A stretch of DNA of 59,915 bases, filler included. It is 6 parts of 6 records of this genome, joined end to end, with 100 filler letters (N's around TTAATTAATTAA, not from the genome) between each part and the next. Parts side by side here need not be neighbours in the genome. Positions count along the whole stretch, not along the records: positions 1 to 11,790 come from SRR31156797_24063; positions 11,891 to 19,687 come from SRR31156797_24074; positions 19,788 to 29,224 come from SRR31156797_24097; 3 more parts are not named here. One strand, 5' to 3'. The notes beneath the pieces are model-generated. The model was not told where the DNA came from and ran no database searches. It saw only the letters and a list, made by a program, of their open reading frames with translations. Position 1 is the first letter of the stretch. Each line of letters begins with the position of its first letter. A program made the position numbers and the translations under genes. Shown one piece after another: positions 9,922-22,574 of this stretch.

Positions 9922-11760
9922 ATGGGAAAAGTGAATAACGACAAACTGAGAAATATAGCGATTATCGCACACGTTGACCACGGAAAGACAACTCTCGTGG
10001 ACGCACTCTTTAAGCAGAGTGGAATGTTCAGAGCGGAGCAGGATGTGGACGACAGACTTATGGATAGCATGGATCTTGAGCGTGAGCGTGGTATTACCAT
10101 CTCTGCCAAAAACTGTTCCGTAAAATGGGGCGAAACTAAGATCAACATCCTCGATACACCTGGTCACGCCGATTTCGGTGGTGAGGTAGAGAGAGCACTC
10201 TCTATGGTAGACGGAGCTATACTCCTCGTTGATGCTTCCGAAGGACCGCTTCCGCAGACAAGGTTTGTTCTCGGTAAAGCTTTTGAAGCAGGGCTTAAAA
10301 TCATCGTCGTTATTAATAAAATAGACAGACAAGACGCTCGTATAGAAGAGGTTCTTGACGAAGTTTACGACCTCTTCATCGATCTTGGTGCTGATGATGA
10401 GCAGATCGAATTTCCTGTATACTATGCAATTGGTAAAGAGGGTATCTGTAAGAAAGAGCTTGAGGACGATAATAAAGACCTCAAAATTCTTTTCGATGCC
10501 ATCGTTGAGCAGGTTCCGGGACCTGTATATAAAGAGGAAGAGCCTTTCCAGATGCTCGTATCTGACCTCGGTTACTCCGAGTACCTCGGAAGACTCGCTA
10601 TAGGTAAAGTTATCAATGGTTCAGCCAAGTCTAACGAAACCCTCGTCAGGATGGGACCAGACGACCTTAAGCAGAACCTCAGAGTTACCAAGCTTCAGAT
10701 TTATGAAGGTATGGGGACTCAGCCGGTTGATGTTGCAGAGCCGGGCGAGATCATCGTTCTCTCTGGTATCGAAGATATTATGATCGGTGACACCATTTGT
10801 ACTAAGGATGCTCCGAAGGCACTCCCTAGGATTACTGTGGATGAGCCGACAGTTGCTATGCAGTTTCTCCCTAACAGCGGACCGCTCGCCGGTCAGGAAG
10901 GGAAGATCGTACAGTCTAACCGTATCAAAGAGCGTCTCGTTAAAGAGACAATGCTCAATGTTGCTGTTAAATTTGAAGAAGATAAAGAGCGTGACTGTTT
11001 CATGGTGAAAGGTCGTGGTGAATTCCAGATGGCTATCCTCCTTGAAACTATGCGCCGTGAAGGTTTCGAAGTTTGTGTTGGTAGACCGGAAGTTATCTTC
11101 AAAGAGGTAGACGGTCAGGTCTGCGAGCCTATTGAGCACCTTTTTATCGACTGTGACGAAGCTTTTGTTGGTGTTATCACTGAAAAGCTTTCAATAAGAA
11201 AAGGACGCATGACTAACCTTATAAATAACGGAACAGGCAGGGCTAGGCTGGAGTTTTCCATCCCTTCCCGTGGTCTTATCGGATATAGAGACGAATTCCT
11301 CTCTGATACGAAGGGTACAGGTATTATGAACTCACTTCTTCAGGGATATGAGGCACATAGAGGCGATATACCTTCACGCTTTACAGGCTCTATTGTTTCT
11401 GACAGAGCGGGTAAAGGTGTCGGCTACGGTCTTTTCCACCTTGAGCCTAGAGGAGAGCTTTTCATCAAGCCTGGTGATGTTGTTTACGAAGGTATGATCA
11501 TCGGTTCATACAACAAGGACAACGACCTTAACGCTAACCCTTGCAAAGAGAAGAAGCTCACTAACGTGCGTGCTTCCGGTAAGGACGATGCGCTTACGCT
11601 CACTCCTGTGACACCTATGACACTTGAGCGTGCGATACACTTCATCGCTGATGATGAGATTGTTGAGGTTACTCCTAAGAACATCCGTCTCCGTAAGAAG
11701 ATGCTCTCTCAGCAAGAGCGTCATACGCACCGTGGTAAAAAATTCTCAGGTAAGCTTTAA
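9922..11760 (+). CDS. typA: Translational GTPase TypA/BipA
   Basis: [65 protein letters not shown]. Confidence 0.98.
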   Translation: MGKVNNDKLRNIAIIAHVDHGKTTLVDALFKQSGMFRAEQDVDDRLMDSMDLERERGITISAKNCSVKWGETKINILDTPGHADFGGEVERALSMVDGAILLVDASEGPLPQTRFVLGKAFEAGLKIIVVINKIDRQDARIEEVLDEVYDLFIDLGADDEQIEFPVYYAIGKEGICKKELEDDNKDLKILFDAIVEQVPGPVYKEEEPFQMLVSDLGYSEYLGRLAIGKVINGSAKSNETLVRMGPDDLKQNLRVTKLQIYEGMGTQPVDVAEPGEIIVLSGIEDIMIGDTICTKDAPKALPRITVDEPTVAMQFLPNSGPLAGQEGKIVQSNRIKERLVKETMLNVAVKFEEDKERDCFMVKGRGEFQMAILLETMRREGFEVCVGRPEVIFKEVDGQVCEPIEHLFIDCDEAFVGVITEKLSIRKGRMTNLINNGTGRARLEFSIPSRGLIGYRDEFLSDTKGTGIMNSLLQGYEAHRGDIPSRFTGSIVSDRAGKGVGYGLFHLEPRGELFIKPGDVVYEGMIIGSYNKDNDLNANPCKEKKLTNVRASGKDDALTLTPVTPMTLERAIHFIADDEIVEVTPKNIRLRKKMLSQQERHTHRGKKFSGKL

Positions 11761-11790
11761 GCAAGGTTAGCACCTTGAGGCATATCACAA

Positions 11791-11890
11791 NNNNNNNNNN
11801 NNNNNNNNNNNNNNNNNNNNNNNNNNNNNNNNNNTTAATTAATTAANNNNNNNNNNNNNNNNNNNNNNNNNNNNNNNNNNNNNNNNNNNN
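11791..11890. other. Artificial contig linker
   Basis: 44 N + TTAATTAATTAA (stops in all six frames) + 44 N. Confidence 0.98.
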
Positions 11891-14800
11891 TGTCCCGAAT
11901 TATCGCAATCAGGATTTATTAAATCAACCAATAATAAATTGAGTTGAGAAGGCTGTTCGATTTCTATCGTTTCAATTTCCTGACAACCATTATTGTCGGT
12001 TACGGTTACGACATAAATACCAGCTTCCAGTCCGGTTACTGTATTTGGATTTGCTGTTGTACTTACCTGTGTTACTGAACCAGTCCAGCTAAATGAATAA
12101 GGACCTGTTCCTCCAGAAGCTTCAACAGTTGCACTTCCATTATTTGAAGAAAAACAAGTTTCATCAATTTCGTCTATAACAGTTAATTCCAATTCATTTG
12201 GATCGTCTATTTCAAATGAACCACTAACAGAACAACCAGTTGCATCGGTTACATTATAAATATAACCGCCAGCTGCCAGGGTTTCAAAAAGACCAGTACT
12301 ATTTGATTCGCCAATACTTAAATCGAAAGTATATGGAGCTGTACCTCCGCTTATAACAGAAAGTTGAACACTTCCACTTTCATTACTATCGCAGTTGGCA
12401 TCGGTAATTATTGGCGCCGCCAGAATTATAGAATTAATAATTAATTCCATATTATCCACTGAATCGGGACAAGTTCCAAATGAATTAGCAATTAATATCA
12501 AATCAACTGTTCCATTTGTAATATCATTTGTTCCTGGTGTATAAACCGGACTAATTACAGAAGTGGAATTAAATGTTCCATCGCCGGAAGTTGACCAAAC
12601 AAAACTTGAATCGTTTGAAACTTCGGCATCAACAATCTGATAAGAATCACCGGAACAAATTTCAGCATCGGGGCCGGCATCTGCAATTGCATTTACACAA
12701 GAAGTATTTACAGGAGTTGGATCATTGTATGAATTTGGATCATTTTCCTGATTAGGATCCGGATCGCTACCATTTTGAGAGACATCGGAAACAACAGTAC
12801 TATCAGGAGCTACACCTGTTCCTGTTGCCGAAAGCCAATAGGAACCTTCACTTAAAATTGTAACTTTTAAAACAATATCTGTAGAAGCTCCGGGCAATAA
12901 AGTATTTCCTGCCGGTTTTAACATTGTTGTGTCGCTGCTCCCATTATATGCTGTATTTACTGCAAACGATGTACTGGTAATTTCTTCAACCAAATAATTG
13001 CCTGCGCCAAACGCTGAATCCAAATTATGAGTGACCTGAATATCATTTAAAACAGTACCACCGTAATTCTGTACCCGAATTGTAAATAATGCATCGTAAG
13101 TTCCGTCTCCATTATTTTCAACATTTACCAACTGATTTGAAACTCCAATTAAGGGATTACAACCAGTAACTGAAATTGGGACACAGTCTGAAATTAAATC
13201 TTCGCAAGCAGGTGTAGAAACAGAAACAACACATCGAAAATTCCGGGTCCCCGATTCAGGTAAAATACTTGTAATATAAAAAGTATCTGTTGCTCCAGAA
13301 ATATCACTCCAGCCAGTATTACAATCAAAGTCGCTAAATTGCCACTGATATGTTAATGCAGAACCTGCCCCATCAACAAATACAGTTAAAGTATCAACTT
13401 CTCCCAAACAAACATCGGAACCAACAGGTTGACTAATAATTTCAGGAACTGCAACACGAACCGTATCAGAATATAATGTATTACAACCTGAAACAGATTG
13501 TGAAATTACCGCCCTGAAAAATGTGCTTGTTGAAATTAGATCGGTTGTATATGAATCGGTTGTTTCGTCGGTTCCACCTGCCACATTAGCCCAGGTTATT
13601 CCATCATTGCTTTCCTGCCATTGATAGCTAAACATGCCAACACCTCCTGACACCGAAACACTCATAGAATGTGTGTCATCAGTACAAATTGTATCTCCAA
13701 CCGGCTGAATATCAATTACCGGATCATCAACAACTGTAAGCGTTTTACAAGTTGAAGTATCGGCGCACCCTGACTCAGTTTGTGTTATTACACATCTATA
13801 ATAATAGTCGCCCGAAACATCAATCACCGGTGTAGTATAACTTGCTTCATCTGCTCCTAATATATTTGAAAATCCGGTTATACAATCTGTTGTGGATAAT
13901 TGCCACTGATAAATATATGAACTTGCTGTTCCTCCTGAAACAGTTACTGAATGTGTTGCTGTTCCTCCAGCACAAATGGTAATATCTCCCGATTCAGTGT
14001 CAACCTGAGGATCGGATACAACCGCAATTGTTACTTCATTTGTAATAATATCGGCACAAACCGGATTTGTTGGAGTTATAACACAACGATAGAAATAATC
14101 ACCAGTATTTAGTACCGGGGTATTGTATGTACTTGTTATTTCACCTGGTATATTTAACCAAGTTCCTGAAACAGTACTGTCCTGCCATTGGTAATTATAA
14201 GTTATTCCGCCATCGGTTTCCATTGTAACCGATAAACTGTTGGTTCCTCCATCACAAATTGTCGCATCGCCTGGTTGAGTTTCAATATAAGGAACATAAA
14301 CATGCGCTACAGAAGATATTGGATCGGCACAACCACTGCCATTATCAAAAATTCGTACCCGATAATGCATGGTGGAGTTTAACACCGGAGTTGTATAACT
14401 ACTGGTTGTTTCTCCCGATATATTTACCCATGCTCCTGTTCCTGTTGTGCTTTGTTGCCACTGGTATGTAACATTTACTCCATTATCAACAGTAACATTC
14501 ATAGCATGCGTAGAACCAGCACAGATTATATCGCCTGTTGGTTGAACTGAAATTGTAGCATCGGGATAGACAACAACTGTTGCTGTATTAGAAACAACTG
14601 TATTACATTCTGAAACAATAACCCGGTAATAATATGTATCTGCCAGTAAAGAATTTGATGTTGTGTATGAAGGCGTTGTTCCACCGCTTCCGGCAGTAAC
14701 ATTTGCCCAGCTACCTCCATCAATACTATCTTGCCATTGGTAAGAATATGTTCCGGAGCCACCACTTGCTTCAACAGTTAAAGTTGATGATCCGCCAACA

Positions 14801-17800
14801 CAAATATCTCCGCCTGAAGGATCTGAAATAGATAAATCAGCATAACGAACAATTTGCATTTCATCGTAAGTTGAACAAACTCCATTAAATACTGTCCACC
14901 TCAAAACATAAGAACCTTCACTTATTCCCCTAAATGTTGTATTATAAATTGTTTCATCATCAAAAACAGGATCGGGTTGTCCCGAAGAATTCGATTCGAC
15001 TGTCCAAATACCACTCGCTGTTAAAGGATCATTTCCATCCAGTATAGTAGTATCGGTATTACAAAATTCCTGGTTAGATCCAGCCAAAGCCATTTCAGGT
15101 TGCTCATAGACCGTAACTGAAACATCTTCTGATTTTGCGGCACAAACTCCGTTACTAACAGTCCATCTAAAATCATAACTGGAACCGGCGAGTATACCCA
15201 CTACCTGAGTTGTATTTGAAGTTGAATTTAATATTGTTGCTGAGGGCCCTGAAATTTGACTCCAAACTCCTGTTCCAACAGCGGGAACCGAATTTGTTAA
15301 AGTAAGCCCTTCAAACTGGCATATTTCAATTAATGCCATTGGATCGGGATTCGATGGTTCAGCAAAATTTGTAATTATTACTGAATCGATTGAAGAACAG
15401 AAAGCAGTTGTAGTTTCCCAATAAAAAGTATAGGATCCTTCAATTAAATTACTTACTAAAGTATTATTTAAAGTACTGTCTGCAATAACCGGAATATTCG
15501 GACCAACTACTAAAATCCATTTTCCGCTGCCAACCGTTGCAGGATTTGCATCCAAGGTATAGGAAACTTGTGCACATAATGAAGTATCATTCCCGGCAAT
15601 TGCTTCCGATGGAGCTTCATAAACAGTAATTTCCAGTGTATCCCGGATATCACCACATAACGCACCATTTGTTACCACCCATTCAAAACGATAAATTGCC
15701 GGAGAGTCATCACTCTGCAATCCCAAACCCGTAATTTTTGAGTCTGGTAAAACCGGAGAAACTATTACAGGCGGAGGAGAAGTTAAAGAATGATCAATTA
15801 AAAACCATTCTCCATCACCTATTATTCCAGCCGTATCAGCAGCCATATAAGTTAAAGTATCACATGTTACATGCTGATCATCGCCTGCATCGGCATTAAA
15901 GGGAGGTTGAAAATTTGTTACCCTCACCTGGTCTCCATTTTCACATTCACCATTTGAAATTTTCCAGGTAAAAACATAAACTCCATAAATATTCCCTGAA
16001 GGTGTAAAAACAGCCGTCGAATCATCAGAATAACTAAAATTTCCTGATGAAGGTCCATTAAATAAAGTCCATTCGCCATCTGACGATTGTGGATCATTCC
16101 CGGTTAATGTAAAAGAAGAAGCATCGCAATACTCCTGATCATTCCCAGCATCAGGAACCGGAGGCGGAGGCAATAAAATAATTGTAGTTGTATCGGCAGT
16201 AGTACATCCCACTCCCGGAATTTCATATTCAAATTCAAAGGTTCCTATAGTCGAAAAATACGCCGTTGCCGTATTTTCTGTGGTTTTTACCAAACTGTCA
16301 ACCGGTGGACCACTTATTTGAGTCCAATTCCCAATACTATTTATATTACCAACCAATCCAACTTCGGTAGTTGCCTCACAAAGTTCCCGTACTTCGGTGA
16401 CACTTGCTTGTGGAATAACTTCCACAATAACCGTATCACTTAATGAAGGGCAAAAAGTACCACCTGAACTAGTCCAGCTAAAAACATAAGTTCCCATTAT
16501 TAAATTTCCAAAAACAGCATCCGGTGCTGTAAAGTCGGAAACAGAGGGAGTATTAGGTGCGCTTACAATTGACCATAATCCATTTTCAACAGAATTGGCA
16601 GACATTTGAACCGTATTTGATGCACATACATCAATGTCAACACCGGCAACTGCTGCAACCGGAGGTTCTGAAACATATAATGTTAAGGTATCTACACTTT
16701 CTTCGCAGGCTTCATTTGTAATTAACCAAACAAACCGATAAACGCCTTCTTCCAAATTTGTAAACTCTGCTGTTGGCGAAGAAATATCATCTATTTCCAC
16801 ACCTCCTGCTCCACCAATTTGAATCCAGGAGCCATTTCCAATCGCGGCAGGAACTGCATTCATTTCAGCAGTATTCCCACATATTTCCTGATCAGAACCT
16901 GCATCAGCGGTGGTAACAGTTTCTGCAATTGTTACCCTTACAGTATCGCGCGTTGGTTCACAACCTGTAGTAATTACCGACCATTCAAAATAATATGTAC
17001 CGTCGGCAGCTACAGTAACATCTGTTGATGCTGACAAAGGGGTTAAAATTGTCGCCCCTGTTCCGTTAACCTGAATCCATTCTCCCGAACCCGGTGAAGG
17101 ATCGTTCCCTGATAAACTAAAAGAAGTTGTGCCTGTAGCTAAACATAAATCAGCTCCTGCATCTGCTACTATCGGACCATTTACATCATTTGTTATTATT
17201 TCCAGTGTATCGTGTGTTTCTCCGCATGCATTATAAATGCTCCAAATTAACTGATAGGTTGTATTTGCCAAAAATCCTTCAGCTGTAGTATTTGCATTCG
17301 ATGGATCGGCAAAAATAATTGTTGGATCATCAGGAAATACCGTCCATTCTCCCCATTCATTTAGAATAGGATTGCTTCCTTCGAGATAAACAGGAGTATT
17401 AATACATACTGTTTGGTCGGGACCACCCACCGCCTGATTTGGAACCTGATTTGCTACAATTACCTGAACATCATCCTGGTTCTGCAAACAAAAAGGCCCT
17501 CCGGATATTACCCAACGAAATACATACGTACCATTAATTAAATTTGAAATTGGTGAATTATATTGATTCAAATTATCAATTGTCGCAACATTGGGCCCAG
17601 AAACCTGGCTCCATGTTCCTATTCCAACAGAAGGTTCATTTCCTGCTAAAGATGTTGTATCAACATTACAAGCCAAAAACTGATCGGTTCCTGCATTTGA
17701 CAGTGCCGATTCGAATGAAACAACAACCGAAACATCAACAAAAACAGCCTCACACTGTGTTCCTGTTGTCGCCACTTTTCTCAGACGAATTACATAATCT

Positions 17801-19200
17801 CCGGGTTCTGTTAATCCAGGCACAGACAAAGGATTTCCATTTGCCTGATTATAATCCGTTGGGATTATTGGATATGAAGCTGTGGTTGGCCCGCTAATTA
17901 TACTCCAGCTTACACCGCCATCTCCTGTTGATGTATATGGAATATTTGCAACCGATTCGCCACAACTTAAATCTACCCTCAATGGGGTAATGTCAATTGT
18001 TGGAGCATCGGCATACCTGATATTTACTGTTGCCGATGAAGTACAATTGGTAGAATCGTTTGTTATTGTATATTGAAAACTATAATTACTTGTGCCATCT
18101 AAACCTTCTACACTGGTAACATTATTTGTTGGATTTAGAATACTAACCGGATCAGGCCCGGTTATTTTTTCCCACAAAACAGTTTCGTTTGTAAATGCCG
18201 GAAAAGTACCATTCAAAACCACTGAAGTTACAGCATCGCAATATACATTTGTACTGTTTGTCCCATCAGCATCGGTAACATCTGATGTTGGTGCAGGAAC
18301 TACAATGGTATGGTAAGCAATCCCATTAACACACGAACCTTCAACCTCCCATTGAAATACATAGGTTCCCTCCACAAGATTACCCACACCAGAAGTATTA
18401 TTATTTGCATTATTTATTACAGGAATATTAGGACCACTAACAACGGTCCATGTTCCAAATTGCCCATCGATTCCACTACCGGCATACGATCCATTTAAAT
18501 TTGAAGTTTGTGTAGCCGAATAACAATGGCTAATTGTATCGAGCGGACCTGCAGTAACCGGAGTAACTCCACCTCTGTTAGTTATTATTACTGTGTCAAC
18601 ACTGGAACAACCATTGTCGTTGGTAATAGTCCATACTAACCTTGTATTTCCAGATGCATTTCCTGAAACTGTTATTAATGAAGTTGCCGATGTTGGATCA
18701 TCAATTGCAATTCCGTTATTTGGAGTAACAATTGTCCAGCCACCACTTTCGTTGAGTTCTGTAACCGGATCGGCCGACAGGTTATATGTTCCGGGACAAA
18801 CGGTCATATCTTCTCCTGCATAACTTGTTGAAACGGGGAGAACATTGTTACTAACATCCTGATAAATCAATGAACCATCGAGACAAGTTGTGGATATTCT
18901 AAAAACATAAGTCTCGCCTCCAACAATTCCATAAACATTGGTTGTTAACGAATTTGGTGACTCAATAAAAACACTGGGACCACTTATTTGTGTCCAGGTT
19001 ACCAAAGTATCTGCTGCTTCAAATACGCCTGAAGCGGTACCTTTTAAAGTTAATACTTCATTTTCGCAAACAGTTTGAGGTTCACCTGCATTTACTGTGC
19101 AATTTTGTGCAAAAACATGACTAACAAAAAAGTTAAGGATAACCAATAAACTAAAAAATTTAATGGGTTGAAATAAGTTTCCTTTTGTAAAGTTCTTCAT
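11891..19200 (-). CDS. Giant repetitive surface protein/adhesin (PKD/Ig-like, DUF11-like and SprB repeats), probable T9SS cargo, 3'-truncated
   Basis: Sec signal peptide (..SHVFAQ), about 16 AG.DQ..C/W..VSGP/GTY.F.W repeats, 6 IC.G...YQWQ Ig repeats, a DUF11-like module, then SprB-type GGT.PY repeats running into the gap. Confidence 0.85.
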
Positions 19201-19687
19201 ATAGTATTTATTATTATTTCAAAATATAAATGCATAACACATTGGAGAAATTTTAACTAATCATTATAAAATGATCAGGACGATTTATCCCAAAATGTTA
19301 TGTATAAAAGCCAGTTTTAAATAATTAAAATTGTAATTAAATTATTGCAAAAAGCAACCAATAATAAAAGTAGTCTGCAATTCAAACTCTTAAATGTTAT
19401 GCAATTAAGAAACTCCTTTTACAATTCGTATATAAAAATATGACACCTGTGTGTAACAGCAATAGAATAAAACTTCGATTTATCAACACCTGTAAAACAT
19501 AATCAAACAGAAACTTCCGAAAATTGTTAATAACACAAGCCACGCGAAATCTACGAAATAACCTATCTAACTCATTCCCTACCCATTACCGACACATGCC
19601 AACTATTAGTGTAGATTTTAATTATCAAAGTATATTTTTACATATCATAATCCCTTTTTAAAATATAGTTGATTATCTTTAAAACGC

Positions 19688-19787
19688 NNNNNNNNNNNNN
19701 NNNNNNNNNNNNNNNNNNNNNNNNNNNNNNNTTAATTAATTAANNNNNNNNNNNNNNNNNNNNNNNNNNNNNNNNNNNNNNNNNNNN
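19688..19787. other. Artificial contig linker
   Basis: N44-TTAATTAATTAA-N44. Confidence 0.98.
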
Positions 19788-20396
19788 GTCGGCCATGCTC
19801 ATGGCTTCGGACTGGTCATGGGTCACGAAGATGCTCGTGGCTCCCGTTCTCTGATGGATCGCTTTCAGCTCTGTCCTCATGACCACCCGGAGTTTGGCAT
19901 CCAGATTGGAGAGGGGTTCGTCCATAAGGAAGAGCTTCGGCTTTACGGCCAGGGCCCTTGCCAGGGCCACCCTCTGCTGCTGGCCTCCGGACATCTGCCC
20001 GGGGATCCGGTCCAGCAGGTTCTCAATCTTGACCATGCCGGCCACCTCTTCCACAGTCTTCCTTATCTCATCCCGGGGTAGCCCCTTGAGCTTCAGCGCG
20101 AAGGCGATGTTGTCGAATACGGTCATATGAGGCCAGATGGCGTAGTTCTGAAAGACCATGGAGATGTTCCTGTCCCGGGGCTGAAGATCCGTGATATCTC
20201 GCCCATCCAGGATAATCTCGCCGCGGGTGGTCTCTTCGAGCCCCGCAATCATCCTCATGCAGGTTGTTTTCCCGCATCCCGAAGGTCCCAAAAAGACAAT
20301 GAATTCCTTGTCCTTCACCTCCAGGTCCATCTTCCGGACGCCCCAGACCTTTCTATTGTATTGTTTTGCCAGATCATTTAACTGCAGTACTGCCAT
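19788..20396 (-). CDS. Sugar ABC transporter ATP-binding protein (MalK/UgpC-like), 3'-truncated
   Basis: Walker A GPSGCGKT, VFQNYA, MSGGQQQR, LMDEPLSNLD, VTHDQ. Confidence 0.95.
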
Positions 20397-20438
20397 TTCT
20401 TATTCCTTTCTTCTGATATTCATTCGGGAATCCTTTGT

Positions 20439-21536
20439 TCAAACCTTTACTCCGCCCCACATCTGGAGAATGTACTTCCTGATGAACAGGGTGAAGATGA
20501 TGGCCGGCAGGGCTTGGGCCACCGATCCGGCGGCGATCAGGTGCACCTGGGCATTGGCTCCCAGCAGGGAGCGGTAGACGACCACGGGCAGTGTCGGATT
20601 GAACTGTGTGAGGATCAGGGCGTTGATGACCTCGTTCCAGGAGTAGATAAACGAGTACATGGCGCAGGCCGCCAGTCCCGGTACTGCCAGGGGGAGGGTG
20701 ATCCGGAAGAAGGCGCCCACTCGGGTGGTGCCGAAGATCAGGGCCGCCTCCTCCAGGGATTCGGGGATCCCCATGAAGATGCTGGCGGTGATCCAGATGC
20801 TGAGGGATATCTGATTGATGGAGTAAATCAAACTGAGTCCCGCCGGCTTGTCATAAAGACCTATCTTCCCCAGGATGATGATCATGGGCAGGGCAACCGC
20901 CACGGGGGGGAACATCCGGACGAAGAGGACGCTCAGTTTCAGAATATTCTTGCCTTTGAAGACATATCTGGCGAAGGCGTACCCCGCCATTCCGCCGATG
21001 CTCAGGCTGATGATTATGGTCAGCAAAGCCGTATTCAGGCTGGATATCACCGATGGAAGGGCCCCGGCGTAGAGCTTGAAAAAGCGGCTGTAGTTACTGA
21101 ATATACCCTTCTTCAAGCGGAAGTCCACTGAGCCATTCCTGTCAGTCTGCACCATCATTTCCCGCAGCTCTTCCCTGCTGATCTCACAGTTGGAGTAGTT
21201 CCTGATAAAGCGGCTCAGTTTTCCGGCGGAACCTTTGCTTCTCGTACTGTACTCAGGGCCGAAGGGGTTGAAGGCGTCTTCCGAGTGATTGTAGATCTCC
21301 AGTCCGTAGGCCGGCTCTCCGTTCACCGGCTCCAGAGGGACCATCCTGAACTCCACGGAGGTGGAGGGGATGAGGGGCTTGGGCCATTCTGAATAGCTCT
21401 CATAGTCCGACATCAGGGAGAAGGTGAAGAGGAAGAACATGGGGAAGATCAGGGCCATGGCGATCCCGATCACCACGATATAGAGGGTGGTGCTCCTGAC
21501 CGATCGGAAGATCCGCTGTTTCATTCTGCCAGTCAT
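20439..21536 (-). CDS. Carbohydrate ABC transporter permease (MalG-like) with enlarged periplasmic loop
   Basis: TM helices, AGYAFAR and EAA loop IPESLEEAALIFG; ATGA overlap with the upstream permease. Confidence 0.9.
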   Translation of the reverse strand: MTGRMKQRIFRSVRSTTLYIVVIGIAMALIFPMFFLFTFSLMSDYESYSEWPKPLIPSTSVEFRMVPLEPVNGEPAYGLEIYNHSEDAFNPFGPEYSTRSKGSAGKLSRFIRNYSNCEISREELREMMVQTDRNGSVDFRLKKGIFSNYSRFFKLYAGALPSVISSLNTALLTIIISLSIGGMAGYAFARYVFKGKNILKLSVLFVRMFPPVAVALPMIIILGKIGLYDKPAGLSLIYSINQISLSIWITASIFMGIPESLEEAALIFGTTRVGAFFRITLPLAVPGLAACAMYSFIYSWNEVINALILTQFNPTLPVVVYRSLLGANAQVHLIAAGSVAQALPAIIFTLFIRKYILQMWGGVKV

Positions 21537-22474
21537 GAGCCGCCTCCCCGGGAGTCGTTGTCGTCCAGCGCTCCCGATGCCTTGAGGTAGATAAAGGAGA
21601 CGATCGAGACGATCATCGCTACGATGACCGAGAGGGCCAGGCCCTTACGGAAAAACTCCTCCGATCCTGTGTACTGATCCACGTTCAGGACGATCTGCTC
21701 CAGAAGAACCGGCAGACGGTTGAACCCGAAGATCATGACGATGATCAGCCATATCTGTATCGCGGCGATGATCCTCAGAATCATGGCCGTGGTGATGGTC
21801 GGTTTCATAAGGGGGATGGTTATCTTGCGAAGAACCTGCAGTTTGTTTCCTCCGAATACGTATCCCGCTTCGAAGAGCTCGGGCTTGAGGCTCTGCATGC
21901 CCGAGAGCAGGATCACCATCATGGAGGGGATGACCTGCCAGGCGTCTACCAGAATGATAAGGATCATTCTCTGCAGATTGCTTCCTCCCAGAAAGATAAA
22001 CTTTGAAGCGCCGTCGATCAGTCCCAGGCGGATCAGGAAGGAGTTAAGCCAGCCGTAAGTGGCCAGCCCGCTGTTCCACATCGCGCCGACGGCGACCGCC
22101 GGCAGGGACATGGGGATAAGGGCCAGAAAGAGGAAGAACCCTGAGCCCCGGAATTTCATATTGATAAGAAGGGCCAGGCCGAAGGCCAGAAGAAACTCCA
22201 GGCTGACAGAGACCAGAACGATAAAGGCCGTATTGAACAGGGCCTGATAGAAGACGGGATCCTTGAACAGAACGATGTAGTTGTTCAGGGTGATCCGTCC
22301 GTTCTGGGAAAGGGGGGCGCTCATAAAAGATCCCCCGATGGCCTGTAAAACGGGAAATAGCCAGAATAACGTGTAATAGAGAATTACCGGGGCGATCAGC
22401 AGATAGGGGACCATTCGTCTCTTACGCTCTCTGCTGATTCTTCCCGGGGGCAGTGTCCCTTGGGAGTCGGACAT
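21533..22474 (-). CDS. Carbohydrate ABC transporter permease (MalF-like)
   Basis: TM helices, EAA loop ELFEAGYVFGG, ITIPLMKP; GGAGG RBS. Confidence 0.9.
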   Translation of the reverse strand: MSDSQGTLPPGRISRERKRRMVPYLLIAPVILYYTLFWLFPVLQAIGGSFMSAPLSQNGRITLNNYIVLFKDPVFYQALFNTAFIVLVSVSLEFLLAFGLALLINMKFRGSGFFLFLALIPMSLPAVAVGAMWNSGLATYGWLNSFLIRLGLIDGASKFIFLGGSNLQRMILIILVDAWQVIPSMMVILLSGMQSLKPELFEAGYVFGGNKLQVLRKITIPLMKPTITTAMILRIIAAIQIWLIIVMIFGFNRLPVLLEQIVLNVDQYTGSEEFFRKGLALSVIVAMIVSIVSFIYLKASGALDDNDSRGGGS

Positions 22475-22490
22475 TTAAACCTCCAGGTAT

Positions 22491-22566
22491 AAAAAAGGGA
22501 AGGCGCCGCCGGAGCGGCGCGTTCCCATTCCATTTGAATGATTCGCTCCGGGTTCGGGCCCGGAGC
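22491..22566 (-). terminator. Two hairpins after the solute-binding protein gene (intra-operon terminator/stabiliser)
   Basis: Minus strand: GCTCCGGGC-CCGA-ACCCGGAGC, then GGGAACGCGCCGC-TCCG-GCGGCGCCTTCCC-TTTTTT. Confidence 0.65.
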
Positions 22567-22574
22567 ATAATGTT

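Noticed and set aside
11835-11846. TTAATTAATTAA repeated five times as a possible biological repeat
   Set aside because: Always embedded in N-runs; it is an assembly linker. The lone TTAATTAA at 7222-7229 is ordinary AT-rich sequence.
1-19200. CRISPR array or DGR suggested by repetitive sequence in the RCC1 and adhesin genes
   Set aside because: Repeats are protein-level and diverged in DNA; no identical spaced repeats, TR/VR pair, cas gene or reverse transcriptase.
19201-19687. Possible ncRNA or small ORF upstream of the adhesin
   Set aside because: Only a short ACACCTGT duplication; no stable structure or credible ORF seen.
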